The notes: generated by a model from the sequence alone, not told the origin. A DNA stretch of 64,000 nt from Spirochaetes bacterium ADurb.Bin215 (GCA_002070025.1 MWCL01000004.1:2258-66257), one strand, 5' to 3'. Shown: positions 9,490 to 19,131, numbered from the stretch's first letter. A program made the numbers and translations.

Positions 9490-10009
9490 TTTCTACTTCA
9501 TCCAGTTTGGGCAATTCTGCGATACTGTTCAGGCGGAAAATCTTGAGAAATTCCTTTGTGGTTCCGAACTGTACCGGTTTCCCCGGCACGTCTTTTTTAC
9601 CCACTTCCTTTATCAGATTCTTCTCCATAAGGAGACGGATCATGTTGTCCGCCGAAACGCCGCGTATCGCTTCAATTTCCGCACGGGTTATCGGTTGTGA
9701 ATAGGCAATAATGGAAAGTGTTTCCATGGCGGCACGGGACAGTCGTCCGTCATTCTTTTTGCCGTACCGGTCACGAAGGTTATCCCAGAGTTCCCGCTTG
9801 GGTGTAATGATCCACCCTCCAGAGATCTGAACCAGTTCGACACCATGATCGGCGCTTTCGTACCGTTCACGGATTTTCTCCAGTATGGCGGTAATCATGT
9901 CCGCCGGGAAACCTGATATTCTCGCCAGAGTATTCTCATCCACCGGATCGGTTTCCAGGAATAAAATTGCCTCTACAAGGGCTGTTTCTTTCTCCATTGC
10001 GTATTCCAT
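9464..10009 (-). CDS. scpB: Segregation and condensation protein B
   Basis: VEAILFLETDPV...LSRAAMETLSIIAYSQPITRAEIEAIRGV; it lies directly downstream of scpA. Confidence 0.85.
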   Translation of the reverse strand: MEYAMEKETALVEAILFLETDPVDENTLARISGFPADMITAILEKIRERYESADHGVELVQISGGWIITPKRELWDNLRDRYGKKNDGRLSRAAMETLSIIAYSQPITRAEIEAIRGVSADNMIRLLMEKNLIKEVGKKDVPGKPVQFGTTKEFLKIFRLNSIAELPKLDEVESERFELSR

Positions 10010-10016
10010 CCTTCTG

Positions 10017-10778
10017 CTACCCTTCTACCGTCAACTCCATCTCGTCCACGGAGATTTTCTTCCAGGGTTTTATCTTGATATCTCCGAACATGCGGTTCTG
10101 CCAGATGCTGGCCATCCTGAATTTGACCGCTTCCAGGAGCGCCATGAAGGCACATACGATGTCCATGAGATTGCCCTTTCTCACAATGAGATCGGTAAAC
10201 ATGCACTCACCCCTGGTTTCCAGGAGTTCGTTCATGAGGGTTATTTTTTCATTAACGGAGACTTCTTCATACATGTCGAGAATCCGTTCCGAATTGTAAC
10301 TCGAAACAAGATTGGAAAATGTTTTCAGAAGGTCCCAGGTGTCAAGACGTTCCCACAATTCATCATCGTCCGCAAACGGCAGGGGGCTCTGAATCTTCTT
10401 TCGTTCAAACACCCATTCGGCCTCATCTTCTTTTTGTTCCATGAGTTCGGAAAGCTTTTTGAATTTCTGATACTCGATAAGCTTGTCCACCAGTTCCTTG
10501 CGCGGATCGTCGATATCTTCATCATCCACGGCGATTTCCACCGGCAAGAGCATGCGGCTTTTTATATACAACAAGGTCGCCGCCAGCGCGTAAAAGTCGG
10601 TCAGGCTCGCCAGGTCGCCGGAAACGGAATAGTCCAGATAGGCAAGATACTGTTCGGTTATGCTGGCTATGGGGATGTCGTAAATGTTTACTTCATTTTT
10701 CTTTATCAAAAAAAGCAACAGGTCAAGCGGCCCTTCAAAGTCGTTTACCCGGAAGGTAGCTGCCGCATCAATATCCAT
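10017..10778 (-). CDS. scpA: Segregation and condensation protein A
   Basis: FEGPLDLLLFLIKKNEVNIYDIPIASITEQYL. The internal ATG at 10778 is preferred over 10832. Confidence 0.85.
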   Translation of the reverse strand: MDIDAAATFRVNDFEGPLDLLLFLIKKNEVNIYDIPIASITEQYLAYLDYSVSGDLASLTDFYALAATLLYIKSRMLLPVEIAVDDEDIDDPRKELVDKLIEYQKFKKLSELMEQKEDEAEWVFERKKIQSPLPFADDDELWERLDTWDLLKTFSNLVSSYNSERILDMYEEVSVNEKITLMNELLETRGECMFTDLIVRKGNLMDIVCAFMALLEAVKFRMASIWQNRMFGDIKIKPWKKISVDEMELTVEG

Positions 10779-11271
10779 AAATATTCCCCACTTTCTTGAC
10801 TCCCTGATCGGGTATTTTTTCGAGAATGTCACTGTACGGTATTCCCGTTCCCGGTTCGGTACATTCAGGCAGCAGCTCCAGAAGCGGAACCAGCGCGAAT
10901 TGCCGGTGGATCATCCGTTCATGCGGAACAATGAGCGATTCTTCGCACAATACATGCTCTCCGAACAGAAGAATGTCTATATCCAGTGTTCTCGGTCCTT
11001 TCTGTATTTCCTTGCTTCGGTCCCGTCCGTACCGGCGTTCTATGGTTTGTATGGTTTTAAGAAGGGATTCCGGACTTCCGGAATAGAACCCTATAACAAC
11101 CATGTTGCAATAGTCCGCCTGATCCTGATAATCCTGAGGCATGGTCAGATAGAGGGAAGACACACGCATCGAGCGCAGTACAAGCGCAAGATCCGCGATT
11201 GCCTTCTTCAGAATCGCCAGAGATTCTCCCGTGTTTGACCCCAGGCCCAGTACGACCTGTTCCTCAGGAAT
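10768..11271 (-). CDS. folK: 2-amino-4-hydroxy-6-hydroxymethyldihydropterin pyrophosphokinase (HPPK); start codon uncertain
   Basis: SSLYLTMPQ..., GPRTLDIDILLFG, LIVPHERMIHRQFALVPLLEL. The conserved N-terminal VVLGLGSNTGE motif lies upstream of the first ATG (11169) in the same frame. See the finding on the non-canonical start. Confidence 0.75.
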   Translation of the reverse strand: MPEEQVVLGLGSNTGESLAILKKAIADLALVLRSMRVSSLYLTMPQDYQDQADYCNMVVIGFYSGSPESLLKTIQTIERRYGRDRSKEIQKGPRTLDIDILLFGEHVLCEESLIVPHERMIHRQFALVPLLELLPECTEPGTGIPYSDILEKIPDQGVKKVGNIYGY

Positions 11272-11276
11272 TTCGC

Positions 11277-12398
11277 TCAGAACAACCCGCCTTCAGCGCC
11301 GTCTTTGACGCCGGTTTTCGCTGCGGGTTTACCGCCAGCGGTGTCCACCGCTTCAACCGGAGTAAACTTTTGTCCCGGGAATATCTTTTCCCGTATTTTC
11401 TTTTCAACATCTGCCCGGAATTCGGGATTGGATTCCATGAACGTGATGGCATTCTCACGGCCCTGGCCAATCTTTTCATCACCAGCTGAATACCAGGCGC
11501 CTTTCTTGTCCACAAAGCCGTGCTTTACGGCGGAATCAAGAAGACTTGCCACAGAGGATACACCCTTGCCGAAAATTATGTCCAGCTCCACCTTCCTGAA
11601 CGGCGGAGCGACCTTGTTCTTGACTACTTTGACCCGAACCCGGTTTCCTATCGCGTCACCCTCACCCTTGTCTATGGTCTCGAATTTCCGTACTTCAAGA
11701 CGAATCGATGAGTAAAACTTGAGCGCGTTTCCACCGGTAGTTGTTTCGGGGTTCCCGAACATGACTCCGATTTTCATGCGGATCTGGTTGATAAACACGA
11801 TGATACACTTGGACTTGCCGAGTATTCCGGTAAGTTTGCGGAGTGCCTGGCTCATCAGCCGGGCTTGGAGACCCATGTGTGAATCTCCCATGTCGCCTTC
11901 AATTTCGGCCTGGGGCGTGAGCGCGGCTACCGAGTCAACAACAATGATGTCAACCGCACCCGACCGCACGAGGCTTTCGGTAATTTCAAGCGCCTGTTCG
12001 CCGGTATCCGGCTGGGACACCCACAACTCGTCGATGTTGACGCCGAGTCCGCGGGCATACTGCGGATCCAGTGCATGCTCGGCGTCCACGAATGCCGCAA
12101 TTCCACCCAATTTCTGGGCTTCGGCTATGGCATGGAGCGCCAGTGTCGTTTTACCGGATGATTCCGGGCCGTAAATTTCAATGATTCTTCCGCGGGGATA
12201 GCCACCGATACCCAGCGCTTCGTCGAGCAGGATACTGCCCGATGGAACAACTTCTATGCCGGCCACGTCGGTCCCGTTCCCCATCTTCATGAGCGAACCC
12301 TGACCGAACTGCTTTTCTATCTGAAGCCGTGCAACTTCCAGCGCCTTGAGCTTTTCACTCATGTCGCCCTTTACGGGCTCTGAACTTGTTTTTGCCAC
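11277..12398 (-). CDS. recA: Recombinase RecA
   Basis: [21 protein letters not shown], Walker [10 protein letters not shown], and the VDSVAAL region. I chose GTG 12398, preceded by GGAGG with a 5-nt spacer; ATG 12362 is an alternative. The ORF-track start 12488 lies upstream of the likely promoter. Confidence 0.9.
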   Translation of the reverse strand: MAKTSSEPVKGDMSEKLKALEVARLQIEKQFGQGSLMKMGNGTDVAGIEVVPSGSILLDEALGIGGYPRGRIIEIYGPESSGKTTLALHAIAEAQKLGGIAAFVDAEHALDPQYARGLGVNIDELWVSQPDTGEQALEITESLVRSGAVDIIVVDSVAALTPQAEIEGDMGDSHMGLQARLMSQALRKLTGILGKSKCIIVFINQIRMKIGVMFGNPETTTGGNALKFYSSIRLEVRKFETIDKGEGDAIGNRVRVKVVKNKVAPPFRKVELDIIFGKGVSSVASLLDSAVKHGFVDKKGAWYSAGDEKIGQGRENAITFMESNPEFRADVEKKIREKIFPGQKFTPVEAVDTAGGKPAAKTGVKDGAEGGLF

Positions 12399-12444
12399 CT
12401 TTCCCTCCCCCTGGCATATCGGTGAAAATGAACTATTTGCCTGC

Positions 12445-12453
12445 ATTATAGCA
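12445..12453 (-). promoter_or_regulatory. Extended -10 element (TGcTATAAT) upstream of recA
   Basis: The minus strand reads TGCTATAAT about 45 nt upstream of the GTG/RBS of recA. I saw no convincing -35. Confidence 0.4.
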
Positions 12454-12499
12454 AAAAATCCGGAAAAAAAACAGCAATAACGATTCAAACCGGTGTATT

Positions 12500-13618
12500 A
12501 TGCTGATTATGGTACGACCATTTTTAATTCTTTCCACCCGTTCCTGCAAATCATACGCCGAAAAGGTGGTCGAGGCGCTCAAGTCGAATCCCGAGCACCT
12601 CCTGTTTCCCCAGGGTTTTGACTACACCGGCGAGCTTTCGGTTCTCTCTTTTGCCGACGGTGAACTGGAGGTTACCCTGCACCGCTCCGTTCGGGGCAAA
12701 ACAGTATTCCTGTTCACGTCCGCCGCGCGGAATCCCGGAAATCTTCCGGTTGAACTGTGCAAACTGGAACTCTATCATACCATCGATGTACTCAAACGAT
12801 CCCAGGCCGCGGAGATAATCGTCTTTGAACCGTATATTTCCTGCAGCCGCTCCGACCGGACCACGAGACGGAACTCGGTCGGCTTGTGGATTCACTACAA
12901 AACACTCATTTCGCTCGGTGTGGATCATCTCATCACCTATCAGCTCCATTCCGACAAGTCAAAAACCATGTTTGATCCCTGTATATGCTCCATAGATGAC
13001 GTACAGACACTCTCGCTGCTGCAAAAATACCTCTGCGATACGTCCATACCTTCCCACCGGGATCTTGTCGAGAATGTACGGGAAAACTGGCTTTTTTGTT
13101 CTGTGGATGCCGGAGGCGAAAAACTTGCCCGCAAATTCGCCGAATCATTTGGTACCCAGCTTGTTATTGCGCATAAACAGCGGAGCACTACCAAAGCGAA
13201 TACGGTAGAATGCATCAATCTTCTTTCCGCGGTTCCGTTTGAAGGAAAAGAAATATGGATTGTGGACGACATGATAGACACGGGAGGTTCCATTTACAAT
13301 CTCGCCCGGGAACTTTCGTCCAAGTCCGGAAAACCGGTGAACATCATGATTGTCCACCCGGTCTTTTCTCCCCCGGCAATTGACCGGATTACCGAACTAA
13401 AAAATGACGGGGTTCTCGCCCGCCTCGTCGTCTGCGATACGATTGATACCCACGACATTGCGCCGCGGATAGATTTTATGGAAGTAATCGGCTCCGCCGA
13501 TCTGAGCGCCCGGATTACCCTCGGGATATCCCAGAACCGTCAGATGGCGGACCTTATCGATGTTTTCTCCCCCGAGGAATATCTTCTGTCCCGCGAAGAG
13601 TCCAAACGCCGTCATTGA
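12500..13618 (+). CDS. Ribose-phosphate pyrophosphokinase family protein (divergent)
   Basis: PRPP-binding loop IWIVDDMIDTGGSI and a Prs-like N-terminal half, but divergent from canonical Prs motifs (YISCSRSDR where Prs has Y(A/S)RQDR). The start could be 12500 or 12509. Confidence 0.7.
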   Translation: MLIMVRPFLILSTRSCKSYAEKVVEALKSNPEHLLFPQGFDYTGELSVLSFADGELEVTLHRSVRGKTVFLFTSAARNPGNLPVELCKLELYHTIDVLKRSQAAEIIVFEPYISCSRSDRTTRRNSVGLWIHYKTLISLGVDHLITYQLHSDKSKTMFDPCICSIDDVQTLSLLQKYLCDTSIPSHRDLVENVRENWLFCSVDAGGEKLARKFAESFGTQLVIAHKQRSTTKANTVECINLLSAVPFEGKEIWIVDDMIDTGGSIYNLARELSSKSGKPVNIMIVHPVFSPPAIDRITELKNDGVLARLVVCDTIDTHDIAPRIDFMEVIGSADLSARITLGISQNRQMADLIDVFSPEEYLLSREESKRRH

Positions 13619-15793
13619 TCACTTCTTCGGATCGGGGCAAACACAGTCTCGTACAATACTCTTGATCTCGGATGATTTCGTCGCTTCAAGCATCTTTTCT
13701 ATTGTTCCGGGATTTTTCAGGATATTGGTAATGGACGCAAGAAACTGGAGATGCGGTCCCGATGATTTTTTGGGAGAAACAACCATGATGAAAATTTTCG
13801 CCGGCAGTTTGTCCAGAGACTCAAAGTCCACGCCCTCTTTCTTTATGCCGATGGCGGTACACATTTGGGTTACTCCGTCTGTCTTGCCGTGAGGTATCGC
13901 GATGCCGTGCTGCATGCCGGTACTCATGGTATGTTCCCGGGCAAATACGTCGCGAAGCACCTGATCACGGTCGGTTACCGCTCCCGATTTGGCGACAAGA
14001 TCGACCATTTCGGTGATTATCTCGTCCTTGGTTGTTCCTTTCAGATTCGTCGATATACATTTTGATGTAATAACTTTGAGCAGATTTTTATCCGCACGGA
14101 CACAGCTGGCCTGAAGATCCTGTTTCATTTTTTCAGGACTGGTTGAAGCCTTGAGCTTTTCGATCGCTTCATGCAGTTTCAGAATTACTTCATACATGGC
14201 CTGTTTGACAAACCCGATATCTTCTTTCGTGCTTTCGATAGTAACGATATGTTCTTCTTCGGTGATGGATATCGCGACGTCTCCCTTGCGCGCCTGGGAC
14301 AGGCCATCGTCAATATTCATCATCTGTACATAAAAATCTTCTGCCTTGAGGTCTTTGAGAAGCGTATCCACAACGAGGTCCGCGATTTCATCCGAGTGAA
14401 AATCCCAGGTAACCGATTCCATGTTGTCGCTTTTTGATTCTTTCTTCGTTCCCCGGCCGGGTATTTTAAGAGACAGGTTCAGGATGGGAGGTGCGATCAG
14501 GGTTGTTAACAGTGTCATCAGTATGATGACGCCAAAAAGCTGTTCATTGAGAATGCCGGCGGTTATACCAATTCCGGCAATTATGAGCGCGACTTCGCCG
14601 CGGGGCACCATGCCGGCGCCTACCCTGAAGGCGCCTTTTATGTTGAAGCCAAGACCCAGGGACGGAAGGGCGCATCCGAGTATTTTCGCGGCTATAGCGA
14701 CCACGGTATACAGGAGACCGAACGCGAGCACTTCCCAGGACATGAGCGCGCCAACATTCACGAGCATACCCATGACCGCAAAAAACAGCGGTACGAAAAA
14801 TTCATACAGACCGTGGATGCGTTCCTGGATAACCGCCGCGATATCGGTCTTGGAAAGCGAGAGTCCGGTAACATAGGCGCCAATGATCATGGCAAGTCCC
14901 TGTTTTTCGAAGATGCCCGCGAGCAAGAGCGCAATACCGAGTGCGCAGATGGAGAAGTCGTACTGGTGTTTGAAGAACTTCAAAAATGAAGCGATTTTTT
15001 TTGAAAAGATCAGGCCGAGCGCGCTAAAACCGAGCCAGATACCGAAAGCCTTGAGCGCGATGAGCTCTATCGCGGTCAAACTGATCGATCCGCCGCCGGA
15101 TCCATTCATCACGGCGACAATACCGAGAACGACGGCGAGCATGATGATGCCGAGCACGTCATCGAAAACGGCGGCCGCGAGTATGGTAACTCCCTCGGGT
15201 GAATCCATCTTCTTCTGGTCGGAGAGTATTCGTGCGGTAATGCCGACGGAGGTCGCCGTGGAAAGTATTCCGAGAAAAAGACAGCGGGGATCCATGAACG
15301 GTGCGTCTAAAAGAAGCATTCCCACACCTGCTCCGCTTGCGAAGGAGAACACGACACCGCCGAGACCGACAAGACCACCAACCACCGAATAGCGCAGGAA
15401 CAGCGCGAGGTCAGTTTCAAGTCCGGATGCAAAAAGGAGAATGATTGAAGCAACCGTGGCAAAGCCGTAGAGTTCCGGGCTCACCGCAAGACCATTGGTG
15501 CCAAGCGGAAAAATGCCGTGAGGAAAACCGGGAAGCGCTATGGCACCGAGGGCGTAGGGCCCTATCACCACACCGGCGAGCAGTTCACCAAGAACGGACG
15601 GTATGCCGAATTTTTTCACGAGCATGCCGCCGATACGAACCGCGAACAGGATGATGCCGATTTGCAGCACCAGGCCGGTCATCACCTCGGTAACCTGTGA
15701 GCCTTCATTGGCGTACAGTGTGGAAGCCGAAACGATGAGAACAAGAAGAAATGTTATGAAAATTCTGGAAAAACGTGTCATTTTATGCCTCAC
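13619..15793 (-). CDS. CPA2-type cation:proton antiporter fused to a C-terminal PTS EIIA (Ntr/fructose type) domain
   Basis: About 440 aa with 11-13 hydrophobic helices typical of the Na+/H+ exchanger / Kef family, then a ~130-aa soluble linker domain. The C-terminus reads LKGTTKDEIITEMVDLV...REHTMSTGMQHGIAIPHGKTDGV...IFIMVVSPKK..GPHLQFLASI, which is EIIA type 2 with the phosphorylatable His. Confidence 0.8.
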   Translation of the reverse strand: MRHKMTRFSRIFITFLLVLIVSASTLYANEGSQVTEVMTGLVLQIGIILFAVRIGGMLVKKFGIPSVLGELLAGVVIGPYALGAIALPGFPHGIFPLGTNGLAVSPELYGFATVASIILLFASGLETDLALFLRYSVVGGLVGLGGVVFSFASGAGVGMLLLDAPFMDPRCLFLGILSTATSVGITARILSDQKKMDSPEGVTILAAAVFDDVLGIIMLAVVLGIVAVMNGSGGGSISLTAIELIALKAFGIWLGFSALGLIFSKKIASFLKFFKHQYDFSICALGIALLLAGIFEKQGLAMIIGAYVTGLSLSKTDIAAVIQERIHGLYEFFVPLFFAVMGMLVNVGALMSWEVLAFGLLYTVVAIAAKILGCALPSLGLGFNIKGAFRVGAGMVPRGEVALIIAGIGITAGILNEQLFGVIILMTLLTTLIAPPILNLSLKIPGRGTKKESKSDNMESVTWDFHSDEIADLVVDTLLKDLKAEDFYVQMMNIDDGLSQARKGDVAISITEEEHIVTIESTKEDIGFVKQAMYEVILKLHEAIEKLKASTSPEKMKQDLQASCVRADKNLLKVITSKCISTNLKGTTKDEIITEMVDLVAKSGAVTDRDQVLRDVFAREHTMSTGMQHGIAIPHGKTDGVTQMCTAIGIKKEGVDFESLDKLPAKIFIMVVSPKKSSGPHLQFLASITNILKNPGTIEKMLEATKSSEIKSIVRDCVCPDPKK

Positions 15794-15880
15794 GAGGAAA
15801 ATGTAAGAAGTACTTACATCATAAACCTTTTGAGATTTTTATACAAGGGGGATTGAAATTTAATCGGCGTCGTATACTTT

Positions 15881-17329
15881 TTACTTCGTTCTTGCCTGCC
15901 GAAGCGCCTTTTGCCAACCGGCTAGTGCGTCCCGCCGGCGCTCATCGCTCATGGCCGGATTGAACACCGTGTCGTTTTTCTTGAGCGCGGTAATTTCGGC
16001 AGGACCTGACCAGAACCCGAACTTGAGCCCGGCAAGAAACGCGGCACCGAGCGAAGTTGATTCAACCACAGCGGGCCGACGTACGGGAATACCGAGAATG
16101 TCCGCCTGGAACTGCATGAGCCAGGAGTTGGCCGCGGCGCCGCCGTCTACCGCAAGCTCGTTCACCCGCGATCCGGTTTCTCCCTCCATGGCCCGTATAA
16201 CGTCCAGACTCTGATACGCCATGGATTCAAGCACGGCCCTGGCAAGATGATTCCTGTTTACTCCCCGGGTAAGACCGACGAGTGTTCCCCGGGCATCCAT
16301 GTCCCAATGCGGTGCCCCGAGCCCCACAAAGGCCGGAACAAGATAGACACCGGCATTATCGTCCGTGGCACGGGCCATTTCTTCCGTTTCGGACGCATGA
16401 CGTATGATCCCCAGCTCGTCCCGGAGCCACTGCACGGCGGCACCGGCGATAAAAATTGATCCTTCGAGCGCATAACAAGGATTCCCGCTGGAGTCCGCGG
16501 CAAGGGTACTCAAGAGGCCCTGTCTTGAGCGGATATAGGCCGAGCCGGTGTTGAGCACGGCGAAACAGCCGGTGCCATACGTATTCTTTATCTGTCCCGG
16601 AGCGGTACAGTTTTGACCGAAGAGCGCCGCCTGCTGGTCTCCGGCAACGCCGCACACGGGCACACCCCTGATCGCTTCAATTGCGGTAACCTCGCCGTAG
16701 TCATCCGAGGATTTCCGGATCTCCGGAAGCATGTCGCGCGGTACGCCAAGCAGTGCGCAGAGTTCGTCGTCCCAGGTCATGGTCGAGATGTTGCAGAGCA
16801 TGGTGCGCGACGCGTTGGTATAGTCCGTTGCATGAACCGCCCCGCCGGTGAGTTTGTAGATGAGCCAGGTGTCGATCGTGCCGAATACGAGATTCGCCCG
16901 ATTCGGGGTATGATCAAGAATGTAGCGGAGTTTGGTACCGCTGAAATACGCGTCGAGGGGGAGCCCCGTTTTTTCGGTGATGAGAGCTTCGTGATCTTTC
17001 AGCGCGTTGCAAAGATCGGCGGTTCTGCGGCATTGCCACACGATGGCGTTACACACGGGTTCGCCGGTTGTGCGGTCCCAGACCACGGTTGTTTCGCGCT
17101 GGTTTGTTATGCCCACCGCGGCGATACTGCCCGCAGTGGGCGCGCACACGTCGGTAACGGTATCCACCACCGTTTGCCAGATTTCATTGGCGTCATGCTC
17201 AACCCAGCCGGGTTTTGGATATTTTTGCGAGAATTCTTTTGAGGATCGGGCAACTATCTGTCCGTTCCGGTCGTAGAGAAACGCGGTGGTACTCGTTGTG
17301 CCCTGATCGATTGAAAGAATGTAGTTCAT
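15881..17329 (-). CDS. glpK: Glycerol kinase
   Basis: YILSIDQGTTSTTAFLYD...KPGWVEHDANEIW...ITNQRETTVVWD...GDQQAALFGQ, an FGGY kinase of GlpK type. Confidence 0.9.
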   Translation of the reverse strand: MNYILSIDQGTTSTTAFLYDRNGQIVARSSKEFSQKYPKPGWVEHDANEIWQTVVDTVTDVCAPTAGSIAAVGITNQRETTVVWDRTTGEPVCNAIVWQCRRTADLCNALKDHEALITEKTGLPLDAYFSGTKLRYILDHTPNRANLVFGTIDTWLIYKLTGGAVHATDYTNASRTMLCNISTMTWDDELCALLGVPRDMLPEIRKSSDDYGEVTAIEAIRGVPVCGVAGDQQAALFGQNCTAPGQIKNTYGTGCFAVLNTGSAYIRSRQGLLSTLAADSSGNPCYALEGSIFIAGAAVQWLRDELGIIRHASETEEMARATDDNAGVYLVPAFVGLGAPHWDMDARGTLVGLTRGVNRNHLARAVLESMAYQSLDVIRAMEGETGSRVNELAVDGGAAANSWLMQFQADILGIPVRRPAVVESTSLGAAFLAGLKFGFWSGPAEITALKKNDTVFNPAMSDERRRDALAGWQKALRQARTK

Positions 17330-18132
17330 GTGCCGGAAAACTCCGCAATGTCCGCGAACACCGTTTCCCGGTTCGCGTCGATGCAGAGGGAATGATACGC
17401 GTCTTCGTATCGCTTGTAGCGTGCAAGAGAAGGAATCCGGTCTATGACATTCTTTGTCGCGTCATTGTTCACGAGACGGTCCTTGCCCGCCTGGAGCGCG
17501 AACACCGGGGTGCGGATATTCGCGATATCTTTCTTGAGCGCGAGTTGCAGGAGCATCATGGCAAGCGAGAGCTTCGCCGTAACCCGAGTGAGTTCCCTCT
17601 TTGACCGGGCAAGATAATTGAGCCCTTCTGCACTGTTGCAAAAATCGCGGTGCTTGTAGGGAAGCGTAATATGCAGTTTCGGATTGAAGAGAATGCCGAG
17701 GCCCGCTTTCATCTTGTCCGCGAGTGAGAACACCTTCCCTTCTACGAACGCGGGGGAAAGGAGGACGGCCTTGTCGGCGTCGGCGCTTTCGAGATAGCGG
17801 GTCACGATCATGGCACCGAGACTCTCCCCGAGAAGAATGATTTTCTTTCCGGGATACACGCTTTTCAGATGTTCATGCATGAGACCGAGCTGATTCACCC
17901 ATACATCAAAATTCTTCACATACCCCGGCATCCCGGGCGACTCGCCGAACCCGTCCAGTTCGAGGGCAATCACGGCAATCCCCTTCGCAGAGAGGTACTC
18001 GGCCATCCAGGTCCACCGGTCAGCACAGGCACCGAGGCCCTGGATCGCCAGAATGATTGAATCAAACCGTTCAGGCATCCAGTCGTAATACAAAAGCTCG
18101 CGGTTCTGAACGGACAGTTTTTTTATGGTCAT
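17326..18132 (-). CDS. Alpha/beta hydrolase, lysophospholipase / monoacylglycerol-lipase-like
   Basis: Nucleophile elbow GESLGA, and a C-terminal His in YEDAYHSL. The stop overlaps the glpK start (ATGA). The internal ATG 18132 is preferred over 18180. Confidence 0.7.
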   Translation of the reverse strand: MTIKKLSVQNRELLYYDWMPERFDSIILAIQGLGACADRWTWMAEYLSAKGIAVIALELDGFGESPGMPGYVKNFDVWVNQLGLMHEHLKSVYPGKKIILLGESLGAMIVTRYLESADADKAVLLSPAFVEGKVFSLADKMKAGLGILFNPKLHITLPYKHRDFCNSAEGLNYLARSKRELTRVTAKLSLAMMLLQLALKKDIANIRTPVFALQAGKDRLVNNDATKNVIDRIPSLARYKRYEDAYHSLCIDANRETVFADIAEFSGT

Positions 18133-18222
18133 ACAATGCCATCCCGGGATCAGTATGGTAAGAAGCGGCAACGCCGACAACTTCAGTGTAGGGTACGCAT
18201 GTTTTTGCTGTCAAGAAAACAA

Positions 18223-19131
18223 TTAAACCAGCGGTCTCCTTGCGAGTGAAAGATCCACATGACAATACCCGCCGGGGTGTTTTTCCAGATAATCCTGATG
18301 ATACGGTTCTGCCGGGTAAAAGGCGCCCGCAAGCCGTATTTCTGTTACGGCCGGGTCGTTCCAGGTGACTGCGGCTTCGAGTTCGGCGAGAACACGCCGC
18401 GCTTCGGCGCTTTCTTCCGCGTTCGTTACAAAAACTGCCGACCGGTATTGCGTACCCCGATCGTTTCCCTGCCGGTCCGGCGTGGTGGGATCGTGCATGC
18501 GGAAAAAATGACGAAGGAGGTCGGCATATGAAATGACTGCCGGATCATAGGTGATCCGGAGCGTTTCGGCATGACCGGTATCTCCGCGAAGCACTTCGTT
18601 GTAGGTTGGATTCAGGGTTGTACCACCCGAATAGCCTACCCCGGTTTCGAGTACGCCATCGAGCTGGCGGAAATAACCCTCGGTACCCCAAAAACAGCCC
18701 GCAGCAAACAGAGCGTACCGACGTCCGGCGGCTGGCCGGTAATGGGCATACCCTTCCCGTTCCAGCTCCTGTTCGGGGATAAAGCGGAGCGACGCCGAAT
18801 TGATGCAATACCGTAATCCGGCCTCTCCGGGTCCGTCGTCAAATACATGTCCGAGGTGCGAAGCCGACACTGCGGCGGATACTTCGGTCCGTACCATGCC
18901 GGCGCTGGAATCAGATTTTTCTTTGAGTACTTCCGGAGCTACCGGTTTTGTAAAACTCGGCCATCCGGTTCCCGAATCGAATTTGTCGGCCGAGCTGAAC
19001 AGGGGGACACCGGAGATCAGGTCGACATAGAGTCCTGCATCCTTGTTGTCCCAGTACTCGTTATGAAACGGCGGCTCGGTCCCGCATTGTTGCGTTACCG
19101 CATACTGAAGGTCCGTTAGTTTTTCTTTCAT
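18223..19131 (-). CDS. msrAB: Bifunctional methionine sulfoxide reductase B/A (MsrB-MsrA fusion)
   Basis: The N-terminal MsrB half has [17 protein letters not shown] and RYCINS. The C-terminal MsrA half has [13 protein letters not shown]. Confidence 0.85.
   Translation of the reverse strand: MKEKLTDLQYAVTQQCGTEPPFHNEYWDNKDAGLYVDLISGVPLFSSADKFDSGTGWPSFTKPVAPEVLKEKSDSSAGMVRTEVSAAVSASHLGHVFDDGPGEAGLRYCINSASLRFIPEQELEREGYAHYRPAAGRRYALFAAGCFWGTEGYFRQLDGVLETGVGYSGGTTLNPTYNEVLRGDTGHAETLRITYDPAVISYADLLRHFFRMHDPTTPDRQGNDRGTQYRSAVFVTNAEESAEARRVLAELEAAVTWNDPAVTEIRLAGAFYPAEPYHQDYLEKHPGGYCHVDLSLARRPLV

Noticed and set aside
11277-12488. Longest-ORF starts that add non-homologous N-terminal extensions: recA 12488, cmk 8816, scpA 10832, rpe 25595, tgt 33542, lptG-like 34582, M16 peptidase 37402, truB 41738, skp 50876, the TPR protein 24799, the hydrolase 18180, tmk 57626 and aroB 58842.
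   Set aside because: In each case the extension overlaps the upstream gene or a promoter and contains no family motifs. A downstream ATG or GTG coincides with the start of homology or of a signal peptide, often directly after the upstream stop.
15800-15818. An inverted repeat, ATGTAAG-N5-CTTACAT, just upstream of the antiporter-EIIA start codon.
   Set aside because: It is a short, AT-rich stem in an 87-bp intergenic region, with no T-tract and no recognisable operator family. There is not enough evidence to call it a regulatory element.
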